Positions 32,335 through 35,096 of a stretch of 35,096 bases of DNA are shown in pieces. The notes under the pieces were generated by a model. The model had not been told where the DNA came from. It did not search any database and worked only from the letters and a program-made list of their open reading frames with translations. The position numbers and the translations under genes are program-made. The number at the start of each line of letters is the position of its first letter. Within the stretch, counting starts at the first letter, position 1. The DNA comes from Mitosporidium daphniae (Eukaryota). The DNA lies in assembly GCF_000760515.2 (NCBI RefSeq), contig NW_013546334.1, forward strand, positions 1-35,096, in the 5' to 3' direction.

Positions 32335-34717
32335 CTATGAAGAAAGACTCATGGGAAAGCAAATGGTATCTGCCGATGAATCCAGGTTCCCAACTGATAC
32401 GGAAGATTCCTCTGTTTTGGATGTGGAAAACATGTCCCTTTGAGAACGATCCATGTCTGTTGCCTTATCAATGGAGGAAGCGGAAAGCTTGGCTGCAAAG
32501 CTCTCAGACATGCTCAACGCCGTTTGCAGAGTCTCCTCCACTGCTGTCGAATCACGGGTACAAATATCCACACCTTCAATCCACGATTTGTATTCATTTT
32601 TGAGACGTTTGAATTCGATCTAGCATGCGGTTATGATCCAAAATATGTACCAGCGATTGAACCATCGAGTATGACGGCGGGGCGTCCGAAATCTTGCAAG
32701 ATACTTTGGGGTAAGAAAGAGCAAATGGCGGGTAGTCTCCTTGTGAAGGATCCACTTGCACGCTATCACGCACATGCACAGAAAATGGCGTCTGCTTTTT
32801 GGAAATTATTTCATTTTCAAGCAGCGAGGGAACCTTCACACAAGAGGCAAATCCTGGGAACGTGGAATCGTCACCATCCTCTGCAGCGGGTGCAAGCGTG
32901 GCAAAGTCATTTCCTTTTTTGAGCACACATGTTGACCGACATTCAGAGCGTGGTTTGCCCCCAAATAAGGGCAGCTCTTTTTTTTCAGCTTCCACGTTTG
33001 GAAACTCGTCAGGACATGCTAAAAACTTCTAACATTAAAGGTGATCGCCATACAAGTCTTTCCGAAATATTTTCGGGCTTGAAAAAATGTTCATCCAGAT
33101 CGGACCATTGCGACGTGTTGTACGCATGTATAATGGTGGCCGACTCTAGGGATAAGGTCGCGTCGTTTTTTTGATGGACATCTAGTTTCGAGCAAGATCG
33201 TCTCAAAGCAGCCCCTGGCGCAAAAGCACACGAGGACTCGTCCACAGGAGCCAGATATGAAACGCTTATATGAAACAATCTACATTGATGGTGTGAATTA
33301 TGCAATACCCGTGAAGCGATCTTAGTGGATCCAGTGAGTGCCTTTTGACCGTGTCAACAAAATCATCCTTGTCAGAGCAGGGCTTTACTAGAGACATCAA
33401 ACATGGGAAACAACAAACCTAGCGGCTTTAAAGTATACTTTTCGCCATTTTCGTGTGAAAGACCTATAATGGATAAGAAAACAGCGCACGGTATTAATTT
33501 TAGATGAGCGAAAACTAGCGAAAAGTACGTACCTGACACATGCAGCCTGAAGGCAGGCTTGAAAAATTCCTCGCAATCCACCATATCCGTCTTTAAGAAA
33601 AGGCTAGAAAGGGGAAGCAACCCACAGATTGACATTATCGATCTTATAAGCAAAGTGGCCTTTTTATAGATTGACGGTAGAGACTCCAGTTGCTCTTTGG
33701 AAGGCGAAATTGGGGCAAAATAAATTTCCCACTGTTCGAAGGGGATAAATTTTTCTGGCAAAATGTCCATGTAGAGTGCGCTTTTTCGGTCGGTCGTCAT
33801 AAATTTTAGATTTGGCGACAATTCCCGCTGCCCATCTATGGCAGCAAGCATGGACTTTGTTGCATACGATGTGTCCGATTTCAATTCAATAAAGTAGCTT
33901 CCAAGCTCTTGCGACAGGGCTTCCAAAAAATGCTCCTCCGATAGTTCTTCTGCTCGCTTGCTAAAAATGGACGATGAGTTGATGTGGCAGTCTCCATTTT
34001 GGCCTAGTTTTCCTTCAGACGTTTTTCGCACAAGAGATTCTAAAGCCAGCTCCTCCATACAGGTGTAGTTAATTTCGAATCCAAAATATAAGCTAATTAC
34101 CGGGGATGATTCGCTCGATAAATGCGGGGCGAAACAATGTCCAGCCGTCATCTCATTGAAGGGATTCAAAAGCTCGCTTCGGAAATCTTCATTTTCCGTG
34201 AGATCCAACTGGAACTAGGGCTATTAGCAAACCAGAACCAACCCATTTGTTGATATTTGTCATCAAATTATCAAATTCTTCCGAAATCGATCCGGATGTG
34301 TTTGAGAGCTTTAAAGATCTCCTTAATTCCCAAAGGATAGCCAATAAACGCGTAACTAATTTCTTGTGCAGTGCCTCGCAGGACGGGCTGCAGACTAAAC
34401 GATACAGGATAAATGTGGACGAAAATACTTTGTAGAGCTGGTCTTTTTACAGCAGCTAGTCTTGGTGATATGCCCGCCGTAGATGCTGACGATGGCGATG
34501 ACGCGGACGAGGAAAGTGAAGAGGATGGTGATGGTGAAGCGCTAGAAAATGTACAAAGCTCGCCCCGAGTTCCGATGAGGGAGTTTCGTGGGCCAGAGAA
34601 ATACTTTTTAGATTCCTCTATAAATGGCCTGTCCTCATCCTTTGGGGAAGACGAGCCTGACCGCGCAGGTGGGCACATTCTCGATGCTTTCCCGTTAATT
34701 GGGATATTGGAGGACAT
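32335..34717 (-). CDS. ATG13: Autophagy protein Atg13 (HORMA domain plus Ser-rich tail)
   Basis: The spliced frame gives 'NINKW/FQLDLTENEDFRSEL', 'IPFEQWEIYF', 'LPSIYKKATLLIRSIMSICGLLP' and 'PLRSLHG/LFHISVSY', matching fungal Atg13 HORMA motifs. About seven introns; the C-terminal model is less certain. Confidence 0.75.
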
Positions 34718-34951
34718 TTCTTGCAAATAAGAAAATATTGTTACATGGTTGTGCTAAAGTTTATTCAAATTACTCCAAGTTGATAGATGTATGGAGCATG
34801 TATCGCTTTAATTGCTGTGCTGTGTGATCGTAGCAAGTGCTCAAAATATCAATCAATTTTCAGCAGGTAGCAACAAAGTTTCTTTAATTCCAAATTGCTA
34901 TAAATTATTAAATTGGACTGAAGCGCGTTACACATGGCCGCGCGCCCTGCA

Positions 34952-34963
34952 TTAGGGTTAGGG
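34952..34963. repeat. Interstitial telomere-type motif (TTAGGG)2
   Basis: TTAGGGTTAGGG in non-coding DNA ~235 bp upstream of ATG13. Confidence 0.7.
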
Positions 34964-35096
34964 AAATGGAGGGGAAACCCTGTGCGTTGCAATGCATACG
35001 CCACATGCCATCTTGTACTAGGGCCTTGTTGAAGAACGTTCGTTTCCCTTTATGAAGGAACAAGCCCATTTTAATGCTTTTATTACCTGGGGTTAG

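Noticed and set aside
35081..35096. TATTACCTGG resembling the U1 snRNA 5' end
   Set aside because: It does not match ATACTTACCTGG and is cut by the window edge.

Overview
A very gene-dense eukaryotic window. It holds 16 protein-coding genes, several only 14-60 bp apart, interrupted by about 55 spliceosomal introns that are mostly 23-36 nt long. The genes are a Nup159/Nup214-like nucleoporin, UPF3, PWP1, a DUF4392 D-glutamate-cyclase-like protein, a CDF zinc transporter, AFG2/SPATA5, tricalbin, PPWD1, a phosducin-like protein (PLP1/TXNDC9), exportin-5/MSN5, SSF1/PPAN, CCT8, VAC1/PEP7, PFK2/FBP26, EFL1/RIA1 and ATG13. The compaction, tiny introns, divergent fungus-like proteins and retained NMD/autophagy genes suggest an early-diverging microsporidian or rozellid parasite (Mitosporidium-like); this is inference only. 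The standout is the ~1 kb ORF-free gap at 21114-22118. On its minus strand it contains a box C/D snoRNA with a 13-nt LSU rRNA guide, an unassigned ~230-nt multibranch structured RNA, and further hairpins. Gene models were spliced by eye, and no database searches were run.
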